DNA of 50,912 bases from an uncultured bacterium (GCA_937875295.1 CALLXS010000117.1:1-50912); one strand, 5' to 3'. Shown: positions 10,124 through 20,209, counted from the first letter of the stretch. Program-made: numbers and translations. Notes: generated by a model not told the origin, from the sequence alone.

Positions 10124-10923
10124 GAATAATATTATTTTTTATACTAACGAATATATTGATATTTTCAAGTTGTTCTTCGCAAGAAAAACAAGAAGTTTTT
10201 GATAAACAAAATAGAGAATTTAAATCAACTCAAAGAATTTTAGATTATGAGATCTTAAATACATTTGATATTGATCCATATGCTTTTATTCAAGGAATAT
10301 ATTTCAAGGATAATAAGTTGTTTATTAGCACGGGGTTAGTTGGGTCTTCTTCATTAAGAATTTATGATTTAGACAAACGCGAAGAAATAAAAAAAATAGA
10401 TATAAGTACTTATTTTTGCGAAGGATTAGCTAATATAGGTGATAAAATATATCAACTCACTTGGCAGAATAATAAATGTATAGTATATAATGAAAGCAAC
10501 TTAAATAAAATAAAAGAGTTGCAATATTCGGGTGAAGGATGGGGACTAACAAGTAATGGGAAAAATCTAATTATGTCTGATGGTTCAAATATCCTGAAAT
10601 ATATTAACCCAAGCAATTTTGATATTATTAAATCTTTAGAAATCAATGATGTAAATGGGTTCCCTTTATATAATATAAATGAATTAGAATATATTAATGG
10701 AGAGATTTGGGCAAATGTATGGACCTCTGACTTAGTATATGTAATTAATCCAGACTCAAGTAAAGTAGTTAAATCTTATAATTTAATTGATTTAAGAAAT
10801 CATTTAGGTGACAGCCCAAATGCTGAAGTTTTAAATGGAATTGCATATAATCCAGACAAAAATACATATTACGTTACTGGCAAAGATTGGGGAAAAATAT
10901 TTGAAATTAAGTTTATAAGATAA
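10120..10923 (+). CDS. Glutaminyl-peptide cyclotransferase (plant/bacterial beta-propeller type), lipoprotein
   Basis: FIQG, F-x-EGL, QLTW, GEGWGLT, MSDGS, NELEYING, ANVW, VLNGIAY and VTGKDW motifs; lipobox FSS|C. ATGA overlap with ribD. Confidence 0.92.
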   Translation: MRIILFFILTNILIFSSCSSQEKQEVFDKQNREFKSTQRILDYEILNTFDIDPYAFIQGIYFKDNKLFISTGLVGSSSLRIYDLDKREEIKKIDISTYFCEGLANIGDKIYQLTWQNNKCIVYNESNLNKIKELQYSGEGWGLTSNGKNLIMSDGSNILKYINPSNFDIIKSLEINDVNGFPLYNINELEYINGEIWANVWTSDLVYVINPDSSKVVKSYNLIDLRNHLGDSPNAEVLNGIAYNPDKNTYYVTGKDWGKIFEIKFIR

Positions 10924-10971
10924 TACAAATACAATTAAAGAAATAGTGTAACTAAATGATTAATATTATAG

Positions 10972-11652
10972 TTATGTTGTTTTTAAACCTAATAACATAC
11001 CATCTTCTATAGTAAGCATACACGAAAAGAAATTAGGATTATTCTTAAAATATTGATTAAATTCTCTTACAGCTAACACGTCTTTCATTCTATGCTTATG
11101 AATATTATCAAATTCAGGATTTTCTACAGTTAAATTACCCAAAGCGAAAGAATTATCTATTGCAATAATGCCTCCAGTACGAAGTAAAGGAGTGCATAAT
11201 TCAACATAATTAATTAAATTACTTTTATCTGCATCCATAAAAATAAAATCAAACAACTCCTCAGATTTATAGTTTTTAATATAATCAATCGCAAATCCGT
11301 AGAATACTTCAATATTTTCTGAAAGACCAGCTTCATCAATTTTTTCGACAGAGAATCTATAATGCAAATTATTACTTTCGATTGTTGTAATTTTACAATT
11401 ATTTGAAGCACCTTGTGCCATTATAATTGCAGAATAGCCATTTAATGTCCCTAGTTCTAATATTCTTTTTGCATTTATTGTTTTTATTAAAAACTGAAGT
11501 AACTTTCCTTGATCTCCAGAAATTGATATTTCTGGAATTTTAAGCATAGCTGCTTGCTTTTTTAATGAATGCAAAAAATCATTTTCTGCAGAAAAATTTT
11601 CTAAAATATACTCTTCTAATTCCGGAGTAATTTCAGTTCTTTTCATTGACAT
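10972..11652 (-). CDS. Class I SAM-dependent O-methyltransferase (caffeoyl-CoA/YrrM-TrmR-like)
   Basis: RILELGTLNGYS, FDFIFMDADK, LRTGGIIAIDN and DGM motifs. Confidence 0.88.
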   Translation of the reverse strand: MSMKRTEITPELEEYILENFSAENDFLHSLKKQAAMLKIPEISISGDQGKLLQFLIKTINAKRILELGTLNGYSAIIMAQGASNNCKITTIESNNLHYRFSVEKIDEAGLSENIEVFYGFAIDYIKNYKSEELFDFIFMDADKSNLINYVELCTPLLRTGGIIAIDNSFALGNLTVENPEFDNIHKHRMKDVLAVREFNQYFKNNPNFFSCMLTIEDGMLLGLKTT

Positions 11653-11653
11653 A

Positions 11654-12658
11654 TTATTTACCTTTAAAGAAATATATTCCCTCAGACTTTTTAATTAATT
11701 CCCAAGCTGATTGTTGAACAAAATCTTTTAATTTTACCTTAGAATCTTCATTTAATGTAGCTTGGTATTTGTCGAGGAATGATAATTTTTGGTCTTTAAT
11801 TCTCATTAATGTTAGAATTAATTGAGCGCCATCAGATGTCCTATTAAATGATCCTGAAATAATATATTCTACTTCTAATTTTGATAAGATTGCAAGTTCA
11901 GTTTCAGAAGTAGCTTTGTGATTTTCTGGGATTTTGAGTCCAAAGATAGCATATATAGAATCTCTTGAAGCTTGGTCATAAAGAATAATATTATTTTTAT
12001 GCCTTAAAGTATCGAAAATCGATTCTACAATTAAGAATGAGTTAACTTCTTTTGAATTAAATAATTCCCATTTAGGCAATGAATTATTGTCGATAAATTC
12101 AATACCTGATATAACCATTGTCGGAGCTGGATAAGCATAAAACGCTGAATCCATTTTTGTAAACATTGTGCTATCATTTTCTACCACAGCAAAGGCTCGT
12201 TGCAATGCTTTGAGGATGCTCGGGTCGAATAAAGCTTTATTATCTGAGTAACCGAAATACCTAACTTGAGCATAACCGCTTCCGAAACTTTTTGATGTAT
12301 CATTTAAATTCATATCCATCATATCAATTCTAAGCATATTAGCTAAAAGGTCTATGTGCAATGAATATACTTTTGATAAATTTAAGTGACTCTTAAGATT
12401 ATCGAAATTAATACTTTTATTCTCAGATTTTAATAGTCTTACAATTGAATCTTGAGTTTGAAAATCAACAAAATTATATTTTCCTGAAATTAATGTAACA
12501 AGATTAAATGCGGCTTCAATTTTTGCTTCTGTAATTAACCCTTTAGCTTCAGGTCCGAAGCTAATATTTGCAATAGCAATATTTTCCTTTTCCTGTGAAA
12601 AAGAAGTATAGAAGAACGAATTAATTAGAATAAAATAAATTAAATATTTAAATTTCAT
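11654..12658 (-). CDS. Hypothetical secreted protein, possibly with TolB-N/CsgG-like alpha/beta domain(s)
   Basis: Signal peptide ending SFS|Q. The segment EYIISGSFNRTSDGAQLILTLMRI resembles CsgG/TolB-N-like folds (weak). Confidence 0.5.
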   Translation of the reverse strand: MKFKYLIYFILINSFFYTSFSQEKENIAIANISFGPEAKGLITEAKIEAAFNLVTLISGKYNFVDFQTQDSIVRLLKSENKSINFDNLKSHLNLSKVYSLHIDLLANMLRIDMMDMNLNDTSKSFGSGYAQVRYFGYSDNKALFDPSILKALQRAFAVVENDSTMFTKMDSAFYAYPAPTMVISGIEFIDNNSLPKWELFNSKEVNSFLIVESIFDTLRHKNNIILYDQASRDSIYAIFGLKIPENHKATSETELAILSKLEVEYIISGSFNRTSDGAQLILTLMRIKDQKLSFLDKYQATLNEDSKVKLKDFVQQSAWELIKKSEGIYFFKGK

Positions 12659-14301
12659 TTGTTATTTGAATATTGTTTTATAAAATCATTATAATTTAAG
12701 CAATTTATTATATCATCTTTAGTAAGCCATGCTTTTCTGGCAACTTTAATACCAATATAAATATCTTTTAGTGTAGACGTTTTATGTGAGTCAGGGTTAA
12801 TTGCAAATTTTACACCTTTATCTTTTGCTTTCTTTGAATTAATATAAGAAAAGTCTAGTCTGTATGGATTAGCATTTATTTCAATGACCTTATTATTTGA
12901 AGAGCAGGCATCAATAAATTTATCAATATCAATTTCATATCCTGCGCGAGTCTTTAAAATACGACCAGTAGGATGACCAATAATAGTTATATATGGATTT
13001 TCAGTAGCTTTAATTATTCGATTTGTCATTTCGGTTTTGCCTAAATTGAAATTTGAATGTATTGATGCAACTACAATATCCAATTGCGATAGCAAGTCAT
13101 CAGAATAATCTAAATCCCCATTTGCCAAAATATCACATTCAATTCCTTTTAGTATCTTAATATTTGGATAGTGATCTTTTATTTGTTCAATTATTTCAAA
13201 TTGCTTATAAATACGTTCTTCGCTTAATCCATTTACATATGAAGAAGATTTACTATGGTCGCAAATAGCGACATAATCAAATCCCATTTCACAGCATTTT
13301 TGAACCATTTCTTCATAAGTATTTTTTCCATCACTCCAATCAGTATGAATATGGAGCATTCCCTTTAAATCACTATCTTTAACTAATTTTGGGATTGTAT
13401 TTTCAATTGCTGAATTAATTGATAGCTCATTTTCTCTTAATTCTGGTGGAATATATTGAATAGATAAAGATTTAAACAAATCCGCTTCACTAGAAAAATT
13501 TTTATTTTTTATAGATTCTAAATTAAATTTTTCATCAAAATAATTATTAAATTCTTTTGTGCCTGTGAGCTGATTTAATCTATAATAAAAATTTTGTTGT
13601 CCTATGATTTCTATATTTAACTTTACTCCTGTTGAATTAATTTGTGAGATTTTATCTTGTGCTGCTTGAGTATATTCTATATTACTATTTTCTGATTCAA
13701 TTAAAATATCAATTTGAGAAATTATTTCTGAAAAACGACGAGTTTCACCAGCTAATTCTACTTTTGTAATTTGTGAGTGATTTTTTAGGATTGCAATTAA
13801 ATCATTAGTCAATTCTATGCATTCATCTTGAAGGATTTTATTCTTTCCAGCTTGTACATGAGTGAGAGAATTATAGATGATTTCTTTTTGTTCTTCGCTT
13901 ATTCCTTTAACATTTATTAATTTACCATTGTTAAATGCTTCTTCGAGTTCATTTAAATTTGTTATGCTAAATGTTTCGAAAAGCAATTTTATTCTTTTTG
14001 TTCCAAGACCTTTTACTTTTTTAAGCTCAAAAAGAGATGCTGGGTAAATAGTAGATAATTTGATTAATTGAGGGAAAGTACCTGTTTTTATAAAATCTTC
14101 AACAATTTTTACTAAAGTATTTCCAAATCCTGGTAACTCATTTACTTTATTTTTTTCATAAACGCTAAAAATATCTACATTTGAATTTGTCAGGAAATCA
14201 GCGGCATTTCTAAAAGTACTTATTTTAAATTGATTTTCATTTCTTAATTCAAGTTGAAAAGCATATAAATTTAATTTATATATTAAGTCTTTTGTAGTCA
14301 T
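12655..14301 (-). CDS. polX: Family X DNA polymerase/PHP protein (non-canonical polymerase site)
   Basis: HhH motifs LPGFG, VKGLGTK and VKGIS; AGETRR; TG; YIPPELRE. PHP motifs HIHTDWSDG, DHS, GIECDI, SIHS, HPTGR, EINANPYRLD and PDSH. Confidence 0.9.
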   Translation of the reverse strand: MTTKDLIYKLNLYAFQLELRNENQFKISTFRNAADFLTNSNVDIFSVYEKNKVNELPGFGNTLVKIVEDFIKTGTFPQLIKLSTIYPASLFELKKVKGLGTKRIKLLFETFSITNLNELEEAFNNGKLINVKGISEEQKEIIYNSLTHVQAGKNKILQDECIELTNDLIAILKNHSQITKVELAGETRRFSEIISQIDILIESENSNIEYTQAAQDKISQINSTGVKLNIEIIGQQNFYYRLNQLTGTKEFNNYFDEKFNLESIKNKNFSSEADLFKSLSIQYIPPELRENELSINSAIENTIPKLVKDSDLKGMLHIHTDWSDGKNTYEEMVQKCCEMGFDYVAICDHSKSSSYVNGLSEERIYKQFEIIEQIKDHYPNIKILKGIECDILANGDLDYSDDLLSQLDIVVASIHSNFNLGKTEMTNRIIKATENPYITIIGHPTGRILKTRAGYEIDIDKFIDACSSNNKVIEINANPYRLDFSYINSKKAKDKGVKFAINPDSHKTSTLKDIYIGIKVARKAWLTKDDIINCLNYNDFIKQYSNNK

Positions 14302-14337
14302 AATAATTAATATAAATTGATAATGTAAAAAAATAAA

Positions 14338-15198
14338 TTATATTAACAAATTATCGCTAATACTAATATTAACTTGATTTAATATCTTGGCAGGACCTTC
14401 TAAATAAATTTTAGATAACTTTAGTCCATCAAAATCAAAACCAACTATTAATTTTTCTTTACTTGAAGGAATGATATTAATTGGTGGATGTAAATCTTTT
14501 TTCCATAAAAGAGAAATTGCAGTCGAAATAGCACCTGTGCCACAAGCTCCGGTTTCAGCTTCTACACCTTTTTCGAAAGTACGTAAAAAAACATTATTGT
14601 TTTCTATATGATAAAAATTAACATTAGCTCCAATAGGGGAAAATTCTATATGATTCCTAATTGGAATAGAAATATTATTTATATCAAAATTAAAGAAATC
14701 AGAGCCAAGTTCCTCAATAAAATCATCATAATTAATTACATAATGCAAAGTACCTACATTAACAAAATCACCAATGTAGGAAATATTTTCATCAATTTCA
14801 ATATCAACATTAGGAGAAAATTGTTGTGGGGGATTGAAATATAATGTAATTTGATCTTCAAAAATAGAGTATTTATAAATTATATTTGCTAAGGAAAACT
14901 GATTATACTTACAAGGGTATCCTTTTTTTAGCGCATAATAGACAGCACATCTTCCACCATTTCCGCACATCATTCCTGTGGAACCATCAGGATTATAAAA
15001 TAATACATTGAAATCGGTATTTTCAATCGTATTAGGTAAAATAATAATCAATCCTTCAGTACGAAAATGATTATATTCATTTATATTACAGAGTAAATTT
15101 GCAATCTTTGAGAAATCAATTTCATTTGGTAATTGATTAAAATGTACCACTGAAAATAAATTTCCAGCGCCGGACATATAAGTTACTTCGAAATCCAT
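14338..15198 (-). CDS. dapF: Diaminopimelate epimerase
   Basis: MSGAGN, YNPDGS-MCGNGGRC, GANVNF and RTFEKGVEAETGACGTG; both catalytic Cys present. Confidence 0.95.
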   Translation of the reverse strand: MDFEVTYMSGAGNLFSVVHFNQLPNEIDFSKIANLLCNINEYNHFRTEGLIIILPNTIENTDFNVLFYNPDGSTGMMCGNGGRCAVYYALKKGYPCKYNQFSLANIIYKYSIFEDQITLYFNPPQQFSPNVDIEIDENISYIGDFVNVGTLHYVINYDDFIEELGSDFFNFDINNISIPIRNHIEFSPIGANVNFYHIENNNVFLRTFEKGVEAETGACGTGAISTAISLLWKKDLHPPINIIPSSKEKLIVGFDFDGLKLSKIYLEGPAKILNQVNISISDNLLI

Positions 15199-15989
15199 AT
15201 TGAATTAATTTCTTTAAGGATAGATTTATGTAAATGATTATTAGTAGCAAGAATTGAATTATCATAAATTCCTGAGGTAGTACCATCGAATTGAGTAACG
15301 GTGCCTCCAGCTTCTTGTACTATTAAAATACCAGCAGCGACGTCCCACGGTTTCAAATTTAATTCCCAGAATCCATCAAAGCGACCATTTGCTACATAAG
15401 CTAAATCTAAAGCAGCTGAACCCAATCTTCTAACAGGAATACCCATAGAAACAAAATTTTTAAAAATATCTAAGTAATTAGAATTTTGTATCTCTAAATC
15501 ATAAGGGAATCCAGTAACTAGGAATGAAGATTCTAAATTATTACTTTTTGATACTTGAATTTTTTTATTATTTAGATAGCTACCGTTATTTTTCTCTGCC
15601 ACAAATAATTCTTTTAGAATTGGATGGTAAATAATACAGCTTATAATTTCGTTGTTTTTTACAGCAGCTATACTAACTGAAAAAATTGGGAGATTATGAG
15701 CAAAATTTACAGTTCCATCTAAAGGATCTATTACCCACAAAATTTCATCAGAATTAAAAGATTTACTTTTTCCACTTTCTTCAGCTAAAATGGAGTGATT
15801 TGGAAATATTTTTAAGATGGAATCGATAATATAATTTTCTGATTTTTTATCAAATTCAGTTACTAAATTATTTCTTCCTTCTTTTGAATAAATTTGAAAA
15901 TTTGTTCCGAATCCTTCTTCTAAAATTTTACCTGCTTCTATTGCTGATTTAATCGCAAGGTTTGTAATTTCGTTAAATTGATTCATCAT
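15183..15989 (-). CDS. suhB: Inositol monophosphatase family protein SuhB
   Basis: LAEES, WVIDPLDGTVNFAH, RRLGSAALDLAYVA and WDVAAG. Start moved from 16013 to the ATG at 15989 (MMNQF), which overlaps the end of xseB. Confidence 0.9.
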   Translation of the reverse strand: MMNQFNEITNLAIKSAIEAGKILEEGFGTNFQIYSKEGRNNLVTEFDKKSENYIIDSILKIFPNHSILAEESGKSKSFNSDEILWVIDPLDGTVNFAHNLPIFSVSIAAVKNNEIISCIIYHPILKELFVAEKNNGSYLNNKKIQVSKSNNLESSFLVTGFPYDLEIQNSNYLDIFKNFVSMGIPVRRLGSAALDLAYVANGRFDGFWELNLKPWDVAAGILIVQEAGGTVTQFDGTTSGIYDNSILATNNHLHKSILKEINSIWISK

Positions 15990-16185
15990 TAGAAAATTTT
16001 TTAGTAATATCAATAATTTTCATTTCTGCTTTATTTAGATATTCATTTAATTCAGCAGCTAAATTCATTCCTTCTTCATATTTTATGAGCTGTTCCTCAA
16101 GAGGAATATTACCATTATCTAAATCATTAATAATAGTTTGGAATTTTTCTAATTTTGATTCAAAATTTTTATTTGATTTAGCCAT
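15973..16185 (-). CDS. xseB: Exodeoxyribonuclease VII small subunit
   Basis: 70 aa with the pattern FE..L...I...L..G.IPLE..L..YEEGM.L......L..AE.KI. Confidence 0.9.
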   Translation of the reverse strand: MAKSNKNFESKLEKFQTIINDLDNGNIPLEEQLIKYEEGMNLAAELNEYLNKAEMKIIDITKKFSNDESI

Positions 16186-16221
16186 TTTATTTTAATCTCT
16201 TAATTATCTAAATATTCTAAA

Positions 16222-18309
16222 TTATATATCTAAATTCTTGACATATTGAGCATTTTGTTCAATAAATTCGCGACGTGGTTCAACTTTTTCACCCATTAGT
16301 GTTTGGAATACCCTTGTAGCTTCGTTAGCATCTTCTATTTCTACGCGAAGTAAAGTACGTGTTTCAGGATTCATAGTAGTTTCCCATAATTGTTCAGGAT
16401 TCATTTCGCCAAGTCCCTTATATCTTGATATTATTATACCATCATTTGATACTTGTACATCTTCGTTCTCAACTATATCAGGAGTTTGTTCTTGCTCTTG
16501 TTCGATAGCTGCATTACCGCCGGATTTTCTATTTTGAATATCTTTTCTAATTCTTTGTATTATTTCATCACGTTCTCTATCATCGAATGCGTAATATTCT
16601 TGTTTCCCTTTTTTTAACTTATATAATGGAGGTTGGGCTATATATAATTTTCCTTGTACTATTAAGTCTCTCATATACAAAAAGAAAAATGTCATTAATA
16701 AAGTACGAATATGAGCGCCATCGACATCAGCATCTGCCATCATAATTACTTTGCCATAACGCGATTTTTCGGCATCAAAATCATCATCGAAACCTGCTCC
16801 AATAGCAGTAAACATTGTTCTAATTTCTTCATTTTCTAGTATTCTCGCCATTCTAGCTTTTTGCACATTTAATATCTTACCTCTAAGTGGCAATATTGCT
16901 TGAAAACGTCTATCGCGACCTTGTTTTGCAGAACCTCCTGCAGAATCACCCTCGACAATAAACAATTCTGTATCTTCAGCAGTGCGTAAAGAACAATCAG
17001 CTAATTTCCCAGGTAAAGTAGAAATTTCCAAACCGCTTTTTCTTCGTACTAATTCGCGAGAACGTTTTGCAGCCATTCTAGCTTCAGCAGCTAAAGTTGC
17101 TTTTTCGATAATTCTCTTCGCCATCGCTGGATTTTCGTCAAGATAAATACTTAATTTTTCGGAAACAATTGTCCTTACAATTCCTTCTACTTCGCCATTG
17201 CCTAATTTAGTTTTAGTTTGTCCTTCGAACTGAGGATTTGCAACCATTACTGAAATAATTGCAGTCAAGCCTTCTCTAAAGTCTTCACCGGAGATTTGTA
17301 CCTTAGAATTTTTATTGATATTTGCCTGAGCATAAGTATTTAATGTACGAGTAAGAGCAGCTCTGAAGCCAGTAACATGTGTACCACCCTCAATAGTATG
17401 AATATTATTTACATATGATAATACATTCTCTGTATATGAATTATTATATTGGAAGCAAATTTCAACCTTAGTTTCTAAATCATTGTAACCAATATCTGAA
17501 CCGGATACAACTATTGGTTTTACTAGAACAGTATTTGATTCATCGATAAATTTAACAAAGTCTAAAAGTCCACCTCTATAATGGAAAACTTCTTTTTTTA
17601 TTTCATCGAAATCATCGGCTCTTTCATCTGTGAGAGTTATTGACACATTAGGATTAAGAAAAGCCAATTCTCTTAATCTATCTGCGACTCTTGAATATTT
17701 GAATGTTACAGTATTAAAAATTGTAGGATCAGGGTAAAATCGTATTATAGTACCAGTTTTATCTGTTGCTCCCAAATCTTCAGTTGAGGATACTGGTTTC
17801 CCATAAGCAAATTTTTGTTGTACTTGTCTACCATCTCTATGCACAGTAGCAATTAAGCTTGAAGATAGAGCATTTACGCAAGACACGCCCACACCGTGCA
17901 ATCCACCGGACACTTGATAAGAACCTTTGTCAAATTTTCCGCCAGCATGAAGAGTACATAATACAACCTCTAAAGTCGATACTTTCTTAACAGGGTGAGG
18001 ACCAGTTGGAATACCTCTACCATCATCAGTAATAGAGCAGGAATTATCCTTATGAATCGTTACGTATATATTTTCGCAATAGCCAGCTAGAGCCTCGTCT
18101 ATTGAATTATCAACTACTTCTTGAATTAAGTGGTGAAGACCTCTTTCTCCTACGTCTCCAATATACATTGCAGGGCGTAGGCGGACAGCTTCCAGACCTT
18201 CAAGTACTTTTATATTATCTTCATTATAATTACCATTTCCATTGCTATGATTTCCATTAGAAATATAATTATTTTCATTTATTTCAGACTTATTATTGTT
18301 ATCTTCCAT
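16222..18309 (-). CDS. gyrB: DNA gyrase subunit B
   Basis: LEGLEAVRLRPAMYIG, EVVDNSIDE, DDGRGIP, LHAGGKF, SGGLHGVG, EGDSAGG, PLRGKILN, DADVDGAHI, RYKGLGEMNPEQLWETTM and a GyrB-type C-terminus RREFIE...NLDI. Confidence 0.96.
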   Translation of the reverse strand: MEDNNNKSEINENNYISNGNHSNGNGNYNEDNIKVLEGLEAVRLRPAMYIGDVGERGLHHLIQEVVDNSIDEALAGYCENIYVTIHKDNSCSITDDGRGIPTGPHPVKKVSTLEVVLCTLHAGGKFDKGSYQVSGGLHGVGVSCVNALSSSLIATVHRDGRQVQQKFAYGKPVSSTEDLGATDKTGTIIRFYPDPTIFNTVTFKYSRVADRLRELAFLNPNVSITLTDERADDFDEIKKEVFHYRGGLLDFVKFIDESNTVLVKPIVVSGSDIGYNDLETKVEICFQYNNSYTENVLSYVNNIHTIEGGTHVTGFRAALTRTLNTYAQANINKNSKVQISGEDFREGLTAIISVMVANPQFEGQTKTKLGNGEVEGIVRTIVSEKLSIYLDENPAMAKRIIEKATLAAEARMAAKRSRELVRRKSGLEISTLPGKLADCSLRTAEDTELFIVEGDSAGGSAKQGRDRRFQAILPLRGKILNVQKARMARILENEEIRTMFTAIGAGFDDDFDAEKSRYGKVIMMADADVDGAHIRTLLMTFFFLYMRDLIVQGKLYIAQPPLYKLKKGKQEYYAFDDRERDEIIQRIRKDIQNRKSGGNAAIEQEQEQTPDIVENEDVQVSNDGIIISRYKGLGEMNPEQLWETTMNPETRTLLRVEIEDANEATRVFQTLMGEKVEPRREFIEQNAQYVKNLDI

Positions 18310-18347
18310 TTATGCTTTTCAATATTTTATTAATCTTTTACAGACTA

Positions 18348-18355
18348 CAAAAATA
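18348..18355 (-). promoter_or_regulatory. Bacteroidota-type -7 promoter element (TAnnTTTG) for the gyrB operon
   Basis: TATTTTTG on the minus strand, 39 nt upstream of the gyrB ATG. Confidence 0.5.
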
Positions 18356-18591
18356 CTAAATTTTAGGGAGATATGAAAGGATTTTAAAAATGAAATTTTA
18401 TATATCTCAAGCGTTTTTTTAATAAAAAATCATATAATATTAATATTAAATTAACAACTAAAACTTAGGTTGATTAAATTGCATATTTTCAACTTTTTAA
18501 TTTGTTTTTTTAATCAAAGCTTACTCAAATAATAACTATTTTTTTATATTTTTATTAGTGCGTATATACAAATTATAAATGAAAATAATAA

Positions 18592-18620
18592 AAAAAGCTA
18601 CCATTTTGTGGTAGCTTTTT
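18592..18620 (-). terminator. Intrinsic terminator of the POT transporter gene
   Basis: AAAAAGCTACCA / TGGTAGCTTTTT perfect inverted repeat with T-tracts on both strands. Confidence 0.8.
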
Positions 18621-18646
18621 AAATTTGATAAATTTAGGTTAGAAAA

Positions 18647-20209
18647 TTATGATGATACTTTTTCTAGCCATTTTACCATTGATAGCATAACAATCATCGA
18701 AGCACCGGTAGCAATTGCGAATACTAACCAGCAAGCCCAAAGTGGAACGGAAGTATATAAGATTCCGCCTACAAATAGTAAAGAATTACCAACCGCTGTA
18801 GCAGCAAGCCAAGCACCTTGCATTAAACCTTGCATATGTGGAGGTGCTACTTTAGAAACAAACGATAATCCTAATGGGGAAATAAATAATTCAGCTACAG
18901 TAAGTATAAAGTATAAAGCAACCATTACCCATGGAGTAAGTCTAATTGCGCTAATTTCTGTTTCGGTAAGAGAAGTCAAAGTTTCTTTTGCAGGTAAAGC
19001 AAATGAAACTAACATCAAGAATAAGTATGCTAATGCAGCGATACCCATACCGATTGCAATTTTCATAGGAGTAGAAGGTTCTTTTCCTTTTTTCTTCAAA
19101 GTGCTAAATAACCACATTATTATTGGTGTCAAAGTAACTACAAAGAAAGGATTAACTGCTTGGAAAATTTCCGCTCCTTTTATTCTAGTAAATCCGAGAT
19201 TTATATCAATTACACTTAAATCAATGTAATCACGAGCAAAATATGTGAGAGAATATCCATTTTGGTGGAAGGCTAGCCAGAAGAATATTACGACACCAAA
19301 TACTGCGAAAAGAGCATAAATACGTTGTTTTACTTCTTGAGCGCTCATTTGAATTTCTTCTTTAGATAGCTTAGGATCACCATTTGCATCTTTTAAATTT
19401 TTCTTAGCAGGATCTGGGAATTTTTGTTTATTTACAATGAAAATTACAAGAGAAATTAACATTGCAACAATTGCAGCCATAAAAGCATACTGAAATCCAG
19501 TGCTAAATACATTTAAATAATTGGTAACGAAAGAGCCTAAATCAGTCATAGTAGTACCATTGATTGATACTTCATTTGCTAATTGAGTAAGTCTTTCCAT
19601 AGCACCTTGAGACATTGCGGTGCCTTGATTTACATATTGATGACATAATTCAGGTAAAGCAGCATTATAATCGAAATTATTAGCTTGTAACCACCAATTT
19701 CTAACTGCAATCGCAATCCATGGAGCAAAAAATCCACCAATATTAATAAACATATAAAAGATCTGGAAACCAGAATCACGTTTATCAGAATATTTAGGAT
19801 TATCATACATTTGCCCTACAAGAGCTTGCAAATTACCTTTGAATAACCCATTACCAAAAGCAATTACTAAAAGTCCAAAGCAAGTAAGTGCTAAGTAAAG
19901 ACCTAAACTTGGTACTGGAGTAGGAGTAGGAACTGCAATAATGAGATAACCTACTGACATTAATATTAACCCAGTTAATATTGTACCTTTATAATTTTTA
20001 GTTTTATCTGCAATTATACCACCTACTAATGATAATAAATATATTGAAGCATAAAATGCTGAATATACTATTCCAGTAGTTGTCTCAGATAAACCAAATT
20101 TTGCAGAGATGAACAACGTTAAAATTGCCATCATTATGTAGAAACCGAAGCGCTCGCCCATATTTGAAAGAGCTGCTCCTATCAAACCGGTTGGGTGTTC
20201 TTTGAACAT
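18647..20209 (-). CDS. Proton-dependent oligopeptide transporter (POT/PTR2, MFS)
   Basis: MGERFGFY, GGIIAD, GNGLFKGN, FYMFINIG, FQAVNPFFV and ELFISPLGLS motifs; multiple TM helices; SD GGAGGT at 20213-20218. Confidence 0.92.
   Translation of the reverse strand: MFKEHPTGLIGAALSNMGERFGFYIMMAILTLFISAKFGLSETTTGIVYSAFYASIYLLSLVGGIIADKTKNYKGTILTGLILMSVGYLIIAVPTPTPVPSLGLYLALTCFGLLVIAFGNGLFKGNLQALVGQMYDNPKYSDKRDSGFQIFYMFINIGGFFAPWIAIAVRNWWLQANNFDYNAALPELCHQYVNQGTAMSQGAMERLTQLANEVSINGTTMTDLGSFVTNYLNVFSTGFQYAFMAAIVAMLISLVIFIVNKQKFPDPAKKNLKDANGDPKLSKEEIQMSAQEVKQRIYALFAVFGVVIFFWLAFHQNGYSLTYFARDYIDLSVIDINLGFTRIKGAEIFQAVNPFFVVTLTPIIMWLFSTLKKKGKEPSTPMKIAIGMGIAALAYLFLMLVSFALPAKETLTSLTETEISAIRLTPWVMVALYFILTVAELFISPLGLSFVSKVAPPHMQGLMQGAWLAATAVGNSLLFVGGILYTSVPLWACWLVFAIATGASMIVMLSMVKWLEKVSS

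Noticed and set aside
15990-16013. ORF-track N-terminal extension of suhB
   Set aside because: It overlaps xseB unnecessarily; the ATG at 15989 or 15986 gives a normal length and a short coupled overlap.
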